64,000 nucleotides of DNA from Flectonema sp. DT1601 (Eukaryota): assembly GCA_964019425.1 (NCBI GenBank), contig OZ025780.1, forward strand, positions 496,001 through 560,000, written 5' to 3'. Below the pieces are notes generated by a model. That model saw nothing but the letters and a program-made list of their open reading frames with translations. It made no database searches and was not told the origin of the DNA. Both the position numbers and the translations under genes were made by a program. Shown piece after piece: positions 53,454-63,277 of this stretch (the stretch's first letter is position 1; the number at the start of each line of letters is the position of its first letter).

Positions 53454-56400
53454 CTAGCGCCTTCCCCCTTTCGACGAGAAGTCCAGGACCCTTCGCGTTG
53501 GATCCCCTTCTCTCTCCCTCATCTCTCCTTGGGTGCTTTTCTCACTCTGTGACGACGACCTTGTGACCAACTCTACTCCTGCCACACCTTGTCCGTCTCG
53601 CTCCGCCGGCTCCGGGCGTACGCCCGCGTCCGTGAACGAGGTCAGGGAGCCCGGGGGCCCGTGTGCGTACCCCATTGTGTCGGGTGTGTCTCCCTTACCT
53701 ACCCGACGCAGTGTGGGTTTCCTGTTGTAACTCCGCGGCGCCTGTTCCCTCGTGGTGCCCTCCACTGGCTCCGGTTCCTTCTGCTTGCGTCTCTTCCTCT
53801 TCGCTTTCCTGCTCGGGTCTGGGGAGAGAACCTCTATCCTCTCCCTCTCTTCTCCCTTCCTGTACCTCCTCCTCGCCTGCCGTTCACCTGAGCTCGGGGT
53901 GGACTCTCCCATTTCCGCCTGCAACACCTGCGGACTTGGGTCCTCCTTTCCGGCCCCCTTTGCCCCCGTCTTTGCCTTCCGGCCTCTCGTGCGTCCCCTT
54001 CCCGTATTTGTCTTCGGCGACACACACTCCTCCCTCTCCTCCTCCATTCCCTTTCTGTACTTCGTCCTCCCTCTCGTGCTCGGTGTCGACACCGTGCCCG
54101 GCGATCTCTCTGCGTCTTCCCCGCTCCCGTCACTACCCACTGCGCGTGGTCCCATCTTCGCCCCCAAACTGGATCTCTCGGCCATTGGTTTTGTTTCGCC
54201 TGAGTTCACCAGCTTTGAAAGGGGCTCCGATTGGCCCTCCCGTCGTGTTTCCGCGTTCCCCCCTTCTGGGTGTAGTCCCAGCATCCAGGCCATCTGACCT
54301 GCGTTCCCCTCGGGCGCCGCTCCCTCTTCCCATTCCTGTTCATCGACCGTCATGGTCATTTGGGAGTCTGACGATCCCTCCTCCTCTGTGTCCGACTCTG
54401 CCACCTGGACCACGTCCTCTGACGTCTCCTCGACGTACTGGACTACTGACCCTTCCGTCACATTTTCTCCGTCGACTTCCATCTCCGACTGTGAGTCTTC
54501 CAGGTCCTCCAACCCCTCCACTCCGTCCATGCCGTCTGACGACGGTGGTTCTCCTGAGTGGTGGGACGTCTCGTCCAGCTCGTCCCCCTTCTCGGCTTGC
54601 AGGTCCTCGGCCAGGTGATGGTTTTCGCCTGAGGTCTCTGCTGCCGACGGGTCTACTGACTGGTCCCTTTCGTCCGTCTGTTCTTCCGCTTCCATGTCCG
54701 ACGTCCCTGGACTCCCCAAGGAGCCTCCCGACATGGAACCGTTCCCTTCGTCCTGCCCTGTCGCTGGGGAGGATGATCTATCGTCATCTCCCTCCGACCC
54801 TTCCGAGCTCAACTCCAGGACTCCCGCCTCTACCCTTTGCACGGCCCCCTTCGGGGTTGGGACCGGGCTCTGCTCGTCTCGGCCCTCTACCCTCGCGTCT
54901 TCTCCTTCCACCGACTCTCGGCCGCCTGACGATCCCGTCCCCTCTTCTGTGTACTGGGGTTCCAGACGCAGTTGTCTTCCCTCCCACCGCATCGTGAAGG
55001 GACCCGTCTGTGTCCCGTGTCCCAGGCAGTTCTTTGCCCCCTCTGTGAAAACCTTCATCACGGCTTCCGTCACTGAGGTCGAGCCCTCCTTCGCCGCTTT
55101 TTCAGCCTCCTCCGTCGCGTGTGTTCTCATCCTCTCTGGCATCTCCACCAGCGTCGTACGCCTCCCCATCAACTCCGCCTCCTCCAGCACCTCTCTCTGG
55201 TCCGTCGACCAGTGTGTCGTGCTTCCTCGCAGCAGCAGGGATGCCTCCGCTGGGACGAGGCCTCCACACGCCTTGGCCGCTACCAGCCCCACCAGGGCTG
55301 CGAAGTATCGCCCCCAGTGTGTGTCTCCCGCTGGCAGGCCAGCTGACCATGTGCCCAACACCTCGAAACGGTGTGTGTCCAACCAGCTCGCCGCCGCCCC
55401 CAGACGGCCCGTTACCGGGTCTTCCTCGCATGCGTACACCAAGGTGTACCTCGTCCCTACTTCGCCAACCACCTCCCCCAGCAGGTGGGTTCGGAGGTAT
55501 CCCTCCGCCTCCCCCTTGCTTGCGAAACTCTTGTGTCTCGCCGCCGCGTAGCCTGACACCATCGAGTTCGCCTCGTTCCAGCATTGGAACAGGCCTACCG
55601 CCCTGCCCCTCGCCACTGCGTACCACTTACGTGGGCTGACACCCTCCGTGGCCCGGGTCGGTTCCCTGGTCTCCGGCTGCCACCTCTCTACGAACCTGTC
55701 CGCCTCCTTCCTGGAGGAGAAACTCTGGTGTGTCGCATTCGGGCACCCTTCCGTCTGTGCCTTCGCCTCCTCCCACGATGCATACACTCCCGGTTTCCAT
55801 CCCACCGCCACCGCATACAGCTTCTCCTCCTTCGACGGGGGGTCGGGGGATGGGGGCTCTTTTTCCTCGGGTTGTCCCACTTCCTGTGCTGGCTCGTCTC
55901 TCAGCCCTACTGCTTCCGCTCCTTGTGCGTCCGTCGTCCGCGCTTCCACCTGGGCTGGCGCTTCGGCTCGTGGTCTGTCTTCGCCTGATGCCGTCGACCC
56001 TCCTGGGAGCGACTGGGATTCATCCGGTTCCGCCGCCTTTCCCCTCAATTGGGACAGCCCCAGATTCATCTCCAGCTCGATCACCAAGTAGTCGAGCCCG
56101 TCCTCCGAGAGTTCCACCGGCTCGTCCCATGCCGCCGATTCCGCTTCCCAGAGGGCCAGGTTCTCCACCCCTCGTGAGCTTTCCGTCACCTGGTGTTCTA
56201 TCACCGACGGGAGCGCTACCAACTTCAGCGCCTCCTGCTGCTCGACTCCCCACCCCTGCTGCGGTGTGACCACCTCGATCTGTGTCTCACCCCCCAGCAG
56301 TTGCGATCTCTCCCTGATCGCGTTGAGCCCTAGCAGCGCTGCCACGTACTCCGCAGTCGCTTCGTCCCATGTCGGTAGGCAGCCCGACCACGTGAACCTC

Positions 56401-59400
56401 CTGTCGAGCGTTCCCATGTGTATCAGGCATGCCGCCGCCCCCAGCTTCTCCATCTCCGCGTTCCAGACGCTCGATACCAGTAGGAGCAGCTTGCGCTGTG
56501 CCTGCCCCCCTGTTACTCGCGTCCGGAGGACACACTCCGCCTCTTCCCTGGACGTGTACCCCGCGGTGTCCTCCTCCGACGGCGGTGCCTCGCGTACCTC
56601 CATCCGGTCCTTGTTCGCCACCGGAATCCATCTCACCGGCACCCCGACGTCCTCTTGGGTCGATCCCTCCACCCTCGAGTAGACCACTACTACTGGTTTC
56701 GTCCCGTGGATCTCCTCTGTCGACACTTGGCTTATTGCCTTGTCGTCTTGCTTCTGCCAGCCTACTCCGTCCCACGTGTATGACACGTAATGCCCCGCGT
56801 TGTCACTCCCGAGGTGTGCGATCGCTCCCGTTTGCTGGTACGTCATCACCCTCTCCCCGACCTGCACCTGGAAGCGCTCTTCCCATCCCAAGGACCCTTG
56901 CGTGTCCTGCTTGTCTCTCTGGAAGATCAAGGAGCTTGGGAGCGAGGCGAAACTCTCTTCCAGCGTGGCCTCATTGCTGCCGCACAGCTTCTCGCAGGAC
57001 CGCTCGACTCTCTCCTTCGTCGGCTGAAGCCTCACTTGTGGTGTACGGCCACACAGTGGGATCAGCGTCAACTCATCCGTCGATCCGGAGGCGTCCGCAC
57101 ATCCCGTGCAGACCAGCTGTTTCAGCTGTACTGCCGAGAACAACGGTTCGCACACCTCTTTCTTCTCCTCCAACAGGGCGTCTACTATGGACGTCAGGGT
57201 TCCTACTACCTCCCCCTGCCGCCTGTCTTGTAGCGGGTCGAACATCTCGGACAGCTTCTCCAGGCACTCCCCACTCCCTTTGACCACTCCACTCAGGAGG
57301 CCCGACATCCCCACTTCCTCCTTCCCCGTCAGCACTTGTGTCAGTGCCGTGCCCTTCAGCAGGCACTGTACGGACGCGTTGAGGTAGCAGGAGTTCCCGA
57401 TGTTCGGCAAACCTCTCATCGTCGGGGGCGGTCCTGCCGACTGTCGCATTACTTCCGGCTGCTGGATCTCTTCCGTTTCCGCTCTCGGTCTTGGTTCTCT
57501 CTCTTGTGATGTCGGCTTCTCCGTCATCTCGGGCGGCGGTTTCGTCCTTGGCAATGGGTTCACTGAGTCCATCGCCACCGACGCCTCCCTCGCTCTCAGT
57601 GCTTCCGCCGTCGCCACTACCACCGATGTCGAGATCCTCCTCGCCATCTCCCCCGCGATCTCCCGGTGTGGCACCGTCGAGTTCGTTGCGCAGATCTGCA
57701 CCAACTTCTTCAGGGTCCCCACTGCTTCCCGTCCCATCCCTCCGTACGCTTCCAGCGCAATTGTCGAGAAATTAATCCCGTGTTTCGTGCACTGCTCCGC
57801 GTACTTGTTCCCTTTCAGGGACTCTGCTTCTCTCGCGGCTTGCCCCGGGGTTTTATACAATTTAATTTTCCCCGGGTTTACCACTGTGATGTCGAAGGCT
57901 CTGCCTCTCCCCTCCCTCAGCCCCTCTTGGCAGTACCAGTCCCCCGGTCTCTGCTTGTTGGGTCCCAGTAGGTGGCTGGGTTCTCTCAGCAGCGGCAATC
58001 CCGCCTGCTTAAAGATGGAGATGAACTCCTCCTTCACCCTCTCGTGTCGCTGGTGCACGTGGCCGTTTTTGATACAGATTGAGGCATGGTATCCCTGCCT
58101 ATCCTGTGGGCCTGAGCATATCCTGCATACTGCCCCTTCCGCGAACAGCGCTGCGCCCAATCGCATCCCACATGCGATCCTGAACGTCTCTGGGTCCATC
58201 GCGCACTCTTCATCTGCTTGTTGCAGCCATGCGCTCGCCTTATCCATGCGCAGGGAGAGCAGCCTCCCTTTATCGCGCGGGTCATTCGCCCCCGCCAGCA
58301 GGCAGTCTCTCTTGACCTGGTCCAGTTTCGCCGAGGACAGCCTCTGGGGGTTCGGCCCCGGCCCGTCTTCTTCTATCCTTAGCTCCTCCGGGAGGGCGAG
58401 GTTCAACCCCTTCTTCAGTGCTGGCATCAGCACCCCCTTGAACCCCTCCCACAGTGACTTGCTCACCCCTTGGACTAATTCCAGGGATCCCAATAGTGCT
58501 GCTCCCCTGTGCTCTGCACATGACCGCAGCCCCAATCCCCCCATCCGGGTCGGCAGTTGTGCTTGCATCCACTTTGGCCCCTCCAGTGTCAGGCCCAACA
58601 CTCGGCTCGCCGTGGACCTCATCAGCTCGTCCACCTTCCGCATCGAGGTGTCCATTTTCCCATGCGTGCAGCATCGCATCAGGTGGGTCACCTTGCAGAA
58701 GCCCATGCATTGCCTTAGGAGCACCATGGCCACCTGCCGGTCCTGCAGGTCTGCTAGCAGCTCCGCTTTCTTCTCCAGCTGCGCCACCTTCCTGTCGACG
58801 AACTCCTGGCAGTGTTCCTCCGTCCCGAACGGTGCCCCCAGGAAGTCCCCGTTGTACAGTGGGGGTCTCATCCCTTCCAACCCCCACCCCAAGGGCAGGG
58901 TGTTCTGGGCTGAGTCGAGCACGTGCGTCTGGCACTTGTCCGGCCTCAGCGTCAGCCCCAGCTCCGCCGTCTCCTTCTGCAGGATTTGGAGGGCCTTGTC
59001 TACCTGTTCCAGGGTGCCCGCCACCAGCCCATCGTCCAGGTAGAAGCACGCCAACTCCGGCTTCGCCTCCAACACCTTCTGCAGCGCCGGCTTGATTGCC
59101 AACGAGAACAGCAAGGGACCCAACGGATCCCCCTGCTGAGCGCCCTCCTCCGAGCTCAGCCTCTCGTCCCCAAACAGCAACCACGTCGGCGCTCCGTAAC
59201 ACCAGCTGACCCAGCTCTCCAGCAGGGTATCCCTCGTCGAATCCAGGAACGCCCCCCTCTTCACGCAGTTGAAGGCGTTCGAGAAGTCTATCTTCACGAA
59301 CACTTTCTGTGACGAGAGCGCGTGCTCCGCGCGGAACTCATGCAGGGTGTGCACCGCCGCCTCCACTCCCCCCGACACCGCTACTCCCAGCTGTCTCACT

Positions 59401-61976
59401 TCTAGCAACGAGCTCCTCGCCTGGGACCTGTATGCCCCGCACAGGATCTTCGCCACCAGCCGCCTCCATGTTTCCCCCACCGCGACTGGCCGGTGCTCCC
59501 CCGGCTTCCCTTCTTTCTCCAGCGCCGTCAGGTTCGCCCCCGCCAGCAGCGGCGCTACTTCCCGCGGCGCCCTCCCGTTCGCCAGAATCCTCACCACCTC
59601 CGTGATCGAGGCTACCAGCCCCGGCACCTCACCCCGCTCCACCACGTCCTTCAGGTGTTGCGGCGCGAGGCCCGAAGGCCCTCCACTCGACCCCCTGTGG
59701 AAGGAGCGTAGGCATGCTAGCAGCTCCACCTCTGCTATCTGCACCTCCTGCCCTGCCGTGGCCGATGGGGGTCCGCTCGCCCTCGGGTGTAGGGTGCGCA
59801 TCTGCTCCAGCACCTTCTCGGTTCGTTCTGCTGGCGGCGGCGCGTCTAGGGCCGAGATCGCCTGTGACAGGCAACCCTCCCTCGCTAGCGACGTGGCCCT
59901 GTCGTTCCTTCCTTTTTGCCCCGCCTCTTTCACTGCTGGCCTTCCCGTCGCCTTGCGGGGGGCCGCCGCTTTCCACAGTCCCTCAAATTCCCCCCGAATC
60001 CATGCTTGCAGGTCGTCGACCGCCCCTGTCAGCTCGCTGGTCGACAACCTCCTACCCCCCCTCCGTATCCTCCGCAGTGTACAAGTCGGGAGCATCAAGA
60101 GCAGCTTCCATGCCCACTCATCGTTCCGCTCCACGACTAGGTCGAGCGACAGCTTGAGTGCTCGCCCCAGATGATGCAACAGGGACACCGGCAGCTTCTT
60201 CGCTATCGGCCTCCTCCTGCTGGCTATTTCCTCCAAAGAGGGGAAGCTCTGGCTCTCCAGCACCCGCTTCCGGAACGCCGTGTACACGTCCCCCAGTTGG
60301 ACCTTCTGCAGTTTCTCACTGCACCCCGGATGCATCGGCTGGTCCTGCCCGATGATCCCACAGCACACCGGACATTCCCGGAGGCCTAGCCTCGCCAACT
60401 GTCCATGCGTCAGCGGGTTGCCACTGAATGCGTGCTCGTCCACGTGTCTTAGGAGCTCCGCCCACTCCTCGAAGCCTCCCTTGTGTTTCGGGCACTCCGC
60501 TTGGGGGCACTCGTGCAGCTGGGCCTGTCGGGAGGCTGTCTGCAGCACTGCCGGCTCGCCTCCTGCTGCTTGCGACAGCGGGCCTGGCGACACTAACTCC
60601 AACCTCCGGGCGCTCTGTAGCAGCCGCGCGACGCAGTCCTCGGATGCCTCCACTGGGTCGTAGTGACACCCGTTCTGCAGGGTCAAGACCAGCGTCTGCT
60701 TCGGGTCCGATGGCCCTTCCACCACCAGCGTTTCCGTCCTCACCACGACGACGAAGCGGCACTGTAGGTCCTCTGCCATGACCTGTAGGGCCAACGCATC
60801 GCCCCAGCATCCATCTTCTTCTAACGCCCTCGCATATACTCCGAATGCGTTCGCGTCCTGGAAGAAGACCTCGAACCTTTCCCTGTTCTTGGTCAGGTAC
60901 CCTGCCGTTCTCCTGCGGAGCTCTCCATGTCTGCCCTTCCACCCCTCTGGCGTCTCTAGGAGTTGGCACACACTCCTGAACAGGCAATTCCCATCCCCAA
61001 TCACCCGAAATACTTTTGCTCCCTCGCACTTCAGGCTTGCCAGTTCCGGCGCGGGTCCCGTCGCTACCCCCAGCCGTCCCTTGAGGTCCAACATCTCCCG
61101 ACACCTCACTGTCTGGTGCACCAATCCGGTACTCAGCTCCCCGCAGGCCTTGCAGATCTGCTTTCCGAGTCTGTCGGAAGCCATCTGGGCCGTTACCTCC
61201 CCCGGTACCACTCCCTTCAGGTGTTGTTTGAAGTGGTACTCTAGGTCACCCCTCACCCAGACGCTGCACCCCACCACCGGGCACTTCGTCCTCTCCTTGC
61301 TTTGCCCTCCTCCTGCCAGGTCTGACGGCCTCGCATACCATGGTCTGGGCTCCGCCTTGTGCCCTCCTGGCTTTGTCCAGTCCCTTTCGGGCCCTGCCCG
61401 TCGCTTCTTCGGTGTCTCCGCCTTGTTCTTCCTTGGCCTCTCTGTCTCCGCGCGGAATCTCTCTCGCCTGGCGTGGAACTTCTCCAACTCTCCCGCCCAC
61501 CGCTCCCACCTCTCCTGCCGTTCCTTCAGCAGCTTCCTCCTCCTCCTTTCCAGCCGCCTTGCCGCCTTGGACGCCACTTTCGGGGACGCCCTCTTCAGGA
61601 GCTCCCTTCCTCCCTTGTCTGGAGGTGGCTTTGGGTGGTCTCGCCTCACCCGGTTCCCGGCCGTTTCCGTTCCCCTCCGCGGGACCCACACCCCCTCTCG
61701 TCCATGTTGGAAAGCGCGTCCGCTTGCCGTATTGTTGGGGCTGTTTGAGCTGTTGGGGGTTACAAATGGGTGCGGGGGGATCGGGCGTGTTACGCGTCGG
61801 CTGATGCGCGATGAAAACAGTGGGCCTTTGTCCAGCGTTGTGAATAGAGGGGTGTGCCATCCGCCTGGCACTGGGGCTAACCTCTGCTTACCCACTCCGG
61901 ACGTCTGTTGCGCCCTCGTTCCACTTAGTAGTGCCCACAGCAGCACGTACCCACACAGTAACATTGTTTTCTCCAT
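53454..61976 (-). CDS. Retrotransposon polyprotein (~2840 aa): ZnF - OTU - ZnF - RT - CCHC - RLE - USP - RNaseH-like - 2x RNase H1 hybrid-binding - RNaseH-like - acidic tail
   Basis: First in-frame ATG 61976 (MEKTMLL). RT: HRPVAVGE, KIDFSNAFN, QQGDPLGPLLF, FYLDD, GGLG. CRIC..HASIC; RH..RPGD..FDITV..K..KY (RLE). GDGNCLFRS..HYD (OTU). GLPNIGNSCYLN..GHYVSY..QDD (USP). YAVAVGWKPGVYASW and YAVARGRAVGLFQCW. Confidence 0.95.
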   Translation of the reverse strand: MEKTMLLCGYVLLWALLSGTRAQQTSGVGKQRLAPVPGGWHTPLFTTLDKGPLFSSRISRRVTRPIPPHPFVTPNSSNSPNNTASGRAFQHGREGVWVPRRGTETAGNRVRRDHPKPPPDKGGRELLKRASPKVASKAARRLERRRRKLLKERQERWERWAGELEKFHARRERFRAETERPRKNKAETPKKRRAGPERDWTKPGGHKAEPRPWYARPSDLAGGGQSKERTKCPVVGCSVWVRGDLEYHFKQHLKGVVPGEVTAQMASDRLGKQICKACGELSTGLVHQTVRCREMLDLKGRLGVATGPAPELASLKCEGAKVFRVIGDGNCLFRSVCQLLETPEGWKGRHGELRRRTAGYLTKNRERFEVFFQDANAFGVYARALEEDGCWGDALALQVMAEDLQCRFVVVVRTETLVVEGPSDPKQTLVLTLQNGCHYDPVEASEDCVARLLQSARRLELVSPGPLSQAAGGEPAVLQTASRQAQLHECPQAECPKHKGGFEEWAELLRHVDEHAFSGNPLTHGQLARLGLRECPVCCGIIGQDQPMHPGCSEKLQKVQLGDVYTAFRKRVLESQSFPSLEEIASRRRPIAKKLPVSLLHHLGRALKLSLDLVVERNDEWAWKLLLMLPTCTLRRIRRGGRRLSTSELTGAVDDLQAWIRGEFEGLWKAAAPRKATGRPAVKEAGQKGRNDRATSLAREGCLSQAISALDAPPPAERTEKVLEQMRTLHPRASGPPSATAGQEVQIAEVELLACLRSFHRGSSGGPSGLAPQHLKDVVERGEVPGLVASITEVVRILANGRAPREVAPLLAGANLTALEKEGKPGEHRPVAVGETWRRLVAKILCGAYRSQARSSLLEVRQLGVAVSGGVEAAVHTLHEFRAEHALSSQKVFVKIDFSNAFNCVKRGAFLDSTRDTLLESWVSWCYGAPTWLLFGDERLSSEEGAQQGDPLGPLLFSLAIKPALQKVLEAKPELACFYLDDGLVAGTLEQVDKALQILQKETAELGLTLRPDKCQTHVLDSAQNTLPLGWGLEGMRPPLYNGDFLGAPFGTEEHCQEFVDRKVAQLEKKAELLADLQDRQVAMVLLRQCMGFCKVTHLMRCCTHGKMDTSMRKVDELMRSTASRVLGLTLEGPKWMQAQLPTRMGGLGLRSCAEHRGAALLGSLELVQGVSKSLWEGFKGVLMPALKKGLNLALPEELRIEEDGPGPNPQRLSSAKLDQVKRDCLLAGANDPRDKGRLLSLRMDKASAWLQQADEECAMDPETFRIACGMRLGAALFAEGAVCRICSGPQDRQGYHASICIKNGHVHQRHERVKEEFISIFKQAGLPLLREPSHLLGPNKQRPGDWYCQEGLREGRGRAFDITVVNPGKIKLYKTPGQAAREAESLKGNKYAEQCTKHGINFSTIALEAYGGMGREAVGTLKKLVQICATNSTVPHREIAGEMARRISTSVVVATAEALRAREASVAMDSVNPLPRTKPPPEMTEKPTSQEREPRPRAETEEIQQPEVMRQSAGPPPTMRGLPNIGNSCYLNASVQCLLKGTALTQVLTGKEEVGMSGLLSGVVKGSGECLEKLSEMFDPLQDRRQGEVVGTLTSIVDALLEEKKEVCEPLFSAVQLKQLVCTGCADASGSTDELTLIPLCGRTPQVRLQPTKERVERSCEKLCGSNEATLEESFASLPSSLIFQRDKQDTQGSLGWEERFQVQVGERVMTYQQTGAIAHLGSDNAGHYVSYTWDGVGWQKQDDKAISQVSTEEIHGTKPVVVVYSRVEGSTQEDVGVPVRWIPVANKDRMEVREAPPSEEDTAGYTSREEAECVLRTRVTGGQAQRKLLLLVSSVWNAEMEKLGAAACLIHMGTLDRRFTWSGCLPTWDEATAEYVAALLGLNAIRERSQLLGGETQIEVVTPQQGWGVEQQEALKLVALPSVIEHQVTESSRGVENLALWEAESAAWDEPVELSEDGLDYLVIELEMNLGLSQLRGKAAEPDESQSLPGGSTASGEDRPRAEAPAQVEARTTDAQGAEAVGLRDEPAQEVGQPEEKEPPSPDPPSKEEKLYAVAVGWKPGVYASWEEAKAQTEGCPNATHQSFSSRKEADRFVERWQPETREPTRATEGVSPRKWYAVARGRAVGLFQCWNEANSMVSGYAAARHKSFASKGEAEGYLRTHLLGEVVGEVGTRYTLVYACEEDPVTGRLGAAASWLDTHRFEVLGTWSAGLPAGDTHWGRYFAALVGLVAAKACGGLVPAEASLLLRGSTTHWSTDQREVLEEAELMGRRTTLVEMPERMRTHATEEAEKAAKEGSTSVTEAVMKVFTEGAKNCLGHGTQTGPFTMRWEGRQLRLEPQYTEEGTGSSGGRESVEGEDARVEGRDEQSPVPTPKGAVQRVEAGVLELSSEGSEGDDDRSSSPATGQDEGNGSMSGGSLGSPGTSDMEAEEQTDERDQSVDPSAAETSGENHHLAEDLQAEKGDELDETSHHSGEPPSSDGMDGVEGLEDLEDSQSEMEVDGENVTEGSVVQYVEETSEDVVQVAESDTEEEGSSDSQMTMTVDEQEWEEGAAPEGNAGQMAWMLGLHPEGGNAETRREGQSEPLSKLVNSGETKPMAERSSLGAKMGPRAVGSDGSGEDAERSPGTVSTPSTRGRTKYRKGMEEEREECVSPKTNTGRGRTRGRKAKTGAKGAGKEDPSPQVLQAEMGESTPSSGERQARRRYRKGEERERIEVLSPDPSRKAKRKRRKQKEPEPVEGTTREQAPRSYNRKPTLRRVGKGDTPDTMGYAHGPPGSLTSFTDAGVRPEPAERDGQGVAGVELVTRSSSQSEKSTQGEMREREGDPTRRVLDFSSKGGRR

Positions 61977-61979
61977 TCT

Positions 61980-62016
<37 letters not shown>

Positions 62017-62127
62017 ACTCTTCCTTTTCCGTTCCCTTCGCTGTGGATGATTTGTGTATGGAACCCGAAAAAAGACAATCGACTTACCTGCTCTTCTCCT
62101 TGTTAGCCCTGTACGTGTGTGTGGAGT

Positions 62128-62182
<55 letters not shown>

Positions 62183-62349
62183 CCGGCTCGCGTATCCTCC
62201 GCTTTCCGAACTCTTCTGTCTATGCGGTCACCCCCGTACAGTTCCGACGCAGAATGGTAGTCACCACCACAGGCACCAAACAAAGCTAGTGAGAGAGTTC
62301 TTCCTTCTCCTCTCCCGCAGGCTGATTCGTAAAGTTTTGTCTTAAAAGA

Positions 62350-62650
62350 GAGTTTTAACAAGAACAAAAAAAGGATATGCTCTGTTTGCAGGTCTTAAAA
62401 GCAAAGTTTAAACGAGAACAAGAAAAGATATGTTCTTCTCGCGCGCTGACTAGCGGAAGACCGTGTATCAAAGCAGAGTTTAAACAAGAACAAAAAAAAA
62501 AAAAAAGGATTTGTTCTTTTCGCTGTCTTAAGCGGTGTTTAAACGAGAACAAGAAAAGATATGTTCTGTTCGTGCGATGTTTTGCGGAAGACCGTGTCTC
62601 AGTGTAGTCTTAACGAAGAACAAAAGAAAATATTTGTTCTGTTTGCGCGT
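62350..62650. repeat. Degenerate ~60-70-bp tandem repeats upstream of the retrotransposon ORF
   Basis: TTAAAC(A/G)AGAACAA..AAA.GATATGTTC-like motif about five times. Confidence 0.75.
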
Positions 62651-62887
62651 TCACCAGCGGTCCAGTCTCCAGAAAAGATGAGAAGGACGTATGAGCTGGA
62701 GGAATAATTAACTTTTGACAAAAGCAAAGTACTCTCGAAGACAACTCGAATCAGAATGCAGGTGGGGAAAATTTCAACTCCCTCTTCAGCAGAGCAAGGT
62801 TTCCACAGCAACAACAATTATCCGCGCCTTCAATGTCCGTTTGTGACTGCTGGCCGACTCAAAGCGTTCGTAGACCGAAGATAGATG

Positions 62888-62918
<31 letters not shown>

Positions 62919-63002
62919 TCCTACCCCGCCGATGTACTAGAGCTTACTGAAGGACCCGCGTTTATCTCCTCCTCTGCAAGTATGCCTATGCAAAATCTAA
63001 TT

Positions 63003-63034
<32 letters not shown>

Positions 63035-63159
63035 CCTCTTTCTTCCTTAGTATTTTCTAAATAAACAACGACAAGTAATACCAAATTCTTCTAAATAAAT
63101 ATGACCTAATTAATATATATAATAAACAATAAATAAAAATTTTTTTCAACAATATACTT

Positions 63160-63213
63160 TGGCGCAGTGGTTTTTGTCACCGTCTGTCTTCTGGTCCACC
63201 TGGGTTCAATACC
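63160..63213 (+). promoter_or_regulatory. tRNA-like A-box/B-box pair
   Basis: TGGCGCAGTGG (63160-63170) and GGTTCAATACC (63203-63213) fit Pol III type-2 consensus; no full cloverleaf. Confidence 0.45.
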
Positions 63214-63277
63214 CTGTGGGGGTCGGGGGGCGACGGGGGCGACTTCTGCGACTTAAAAGACTTTAAAGCGCTAAGCG

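Noticed and set aside
45265..53458. One large palindromic duplication
   Set aside because: The three inverted matches occur in the same order on both sides (A,B,C then A',B',C'), not mirrored, so they are separate events.
60050..60085. LRRIRRGG as a ubiquitin-like self-cleavage site for the encoded proteases
   Set aside because: Resembles RLRGG, but Arg/Gly-rich motifs upstream of RT are, as I recall, common in related elements; no independent support.
61977..62078. ORF-track N-terminal extension of the 2874-aa protein
   Set aside because: Starts at a non-ATG codon and crosses a poly-A tract; first ATG is at 61976.
53500..62110. Many overlapping plus-strand and alternate-frame ORFs up to 547 aa
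   Set aside because: Shadow ORFs of a GC-rich coding strand; no recognisable motifs.
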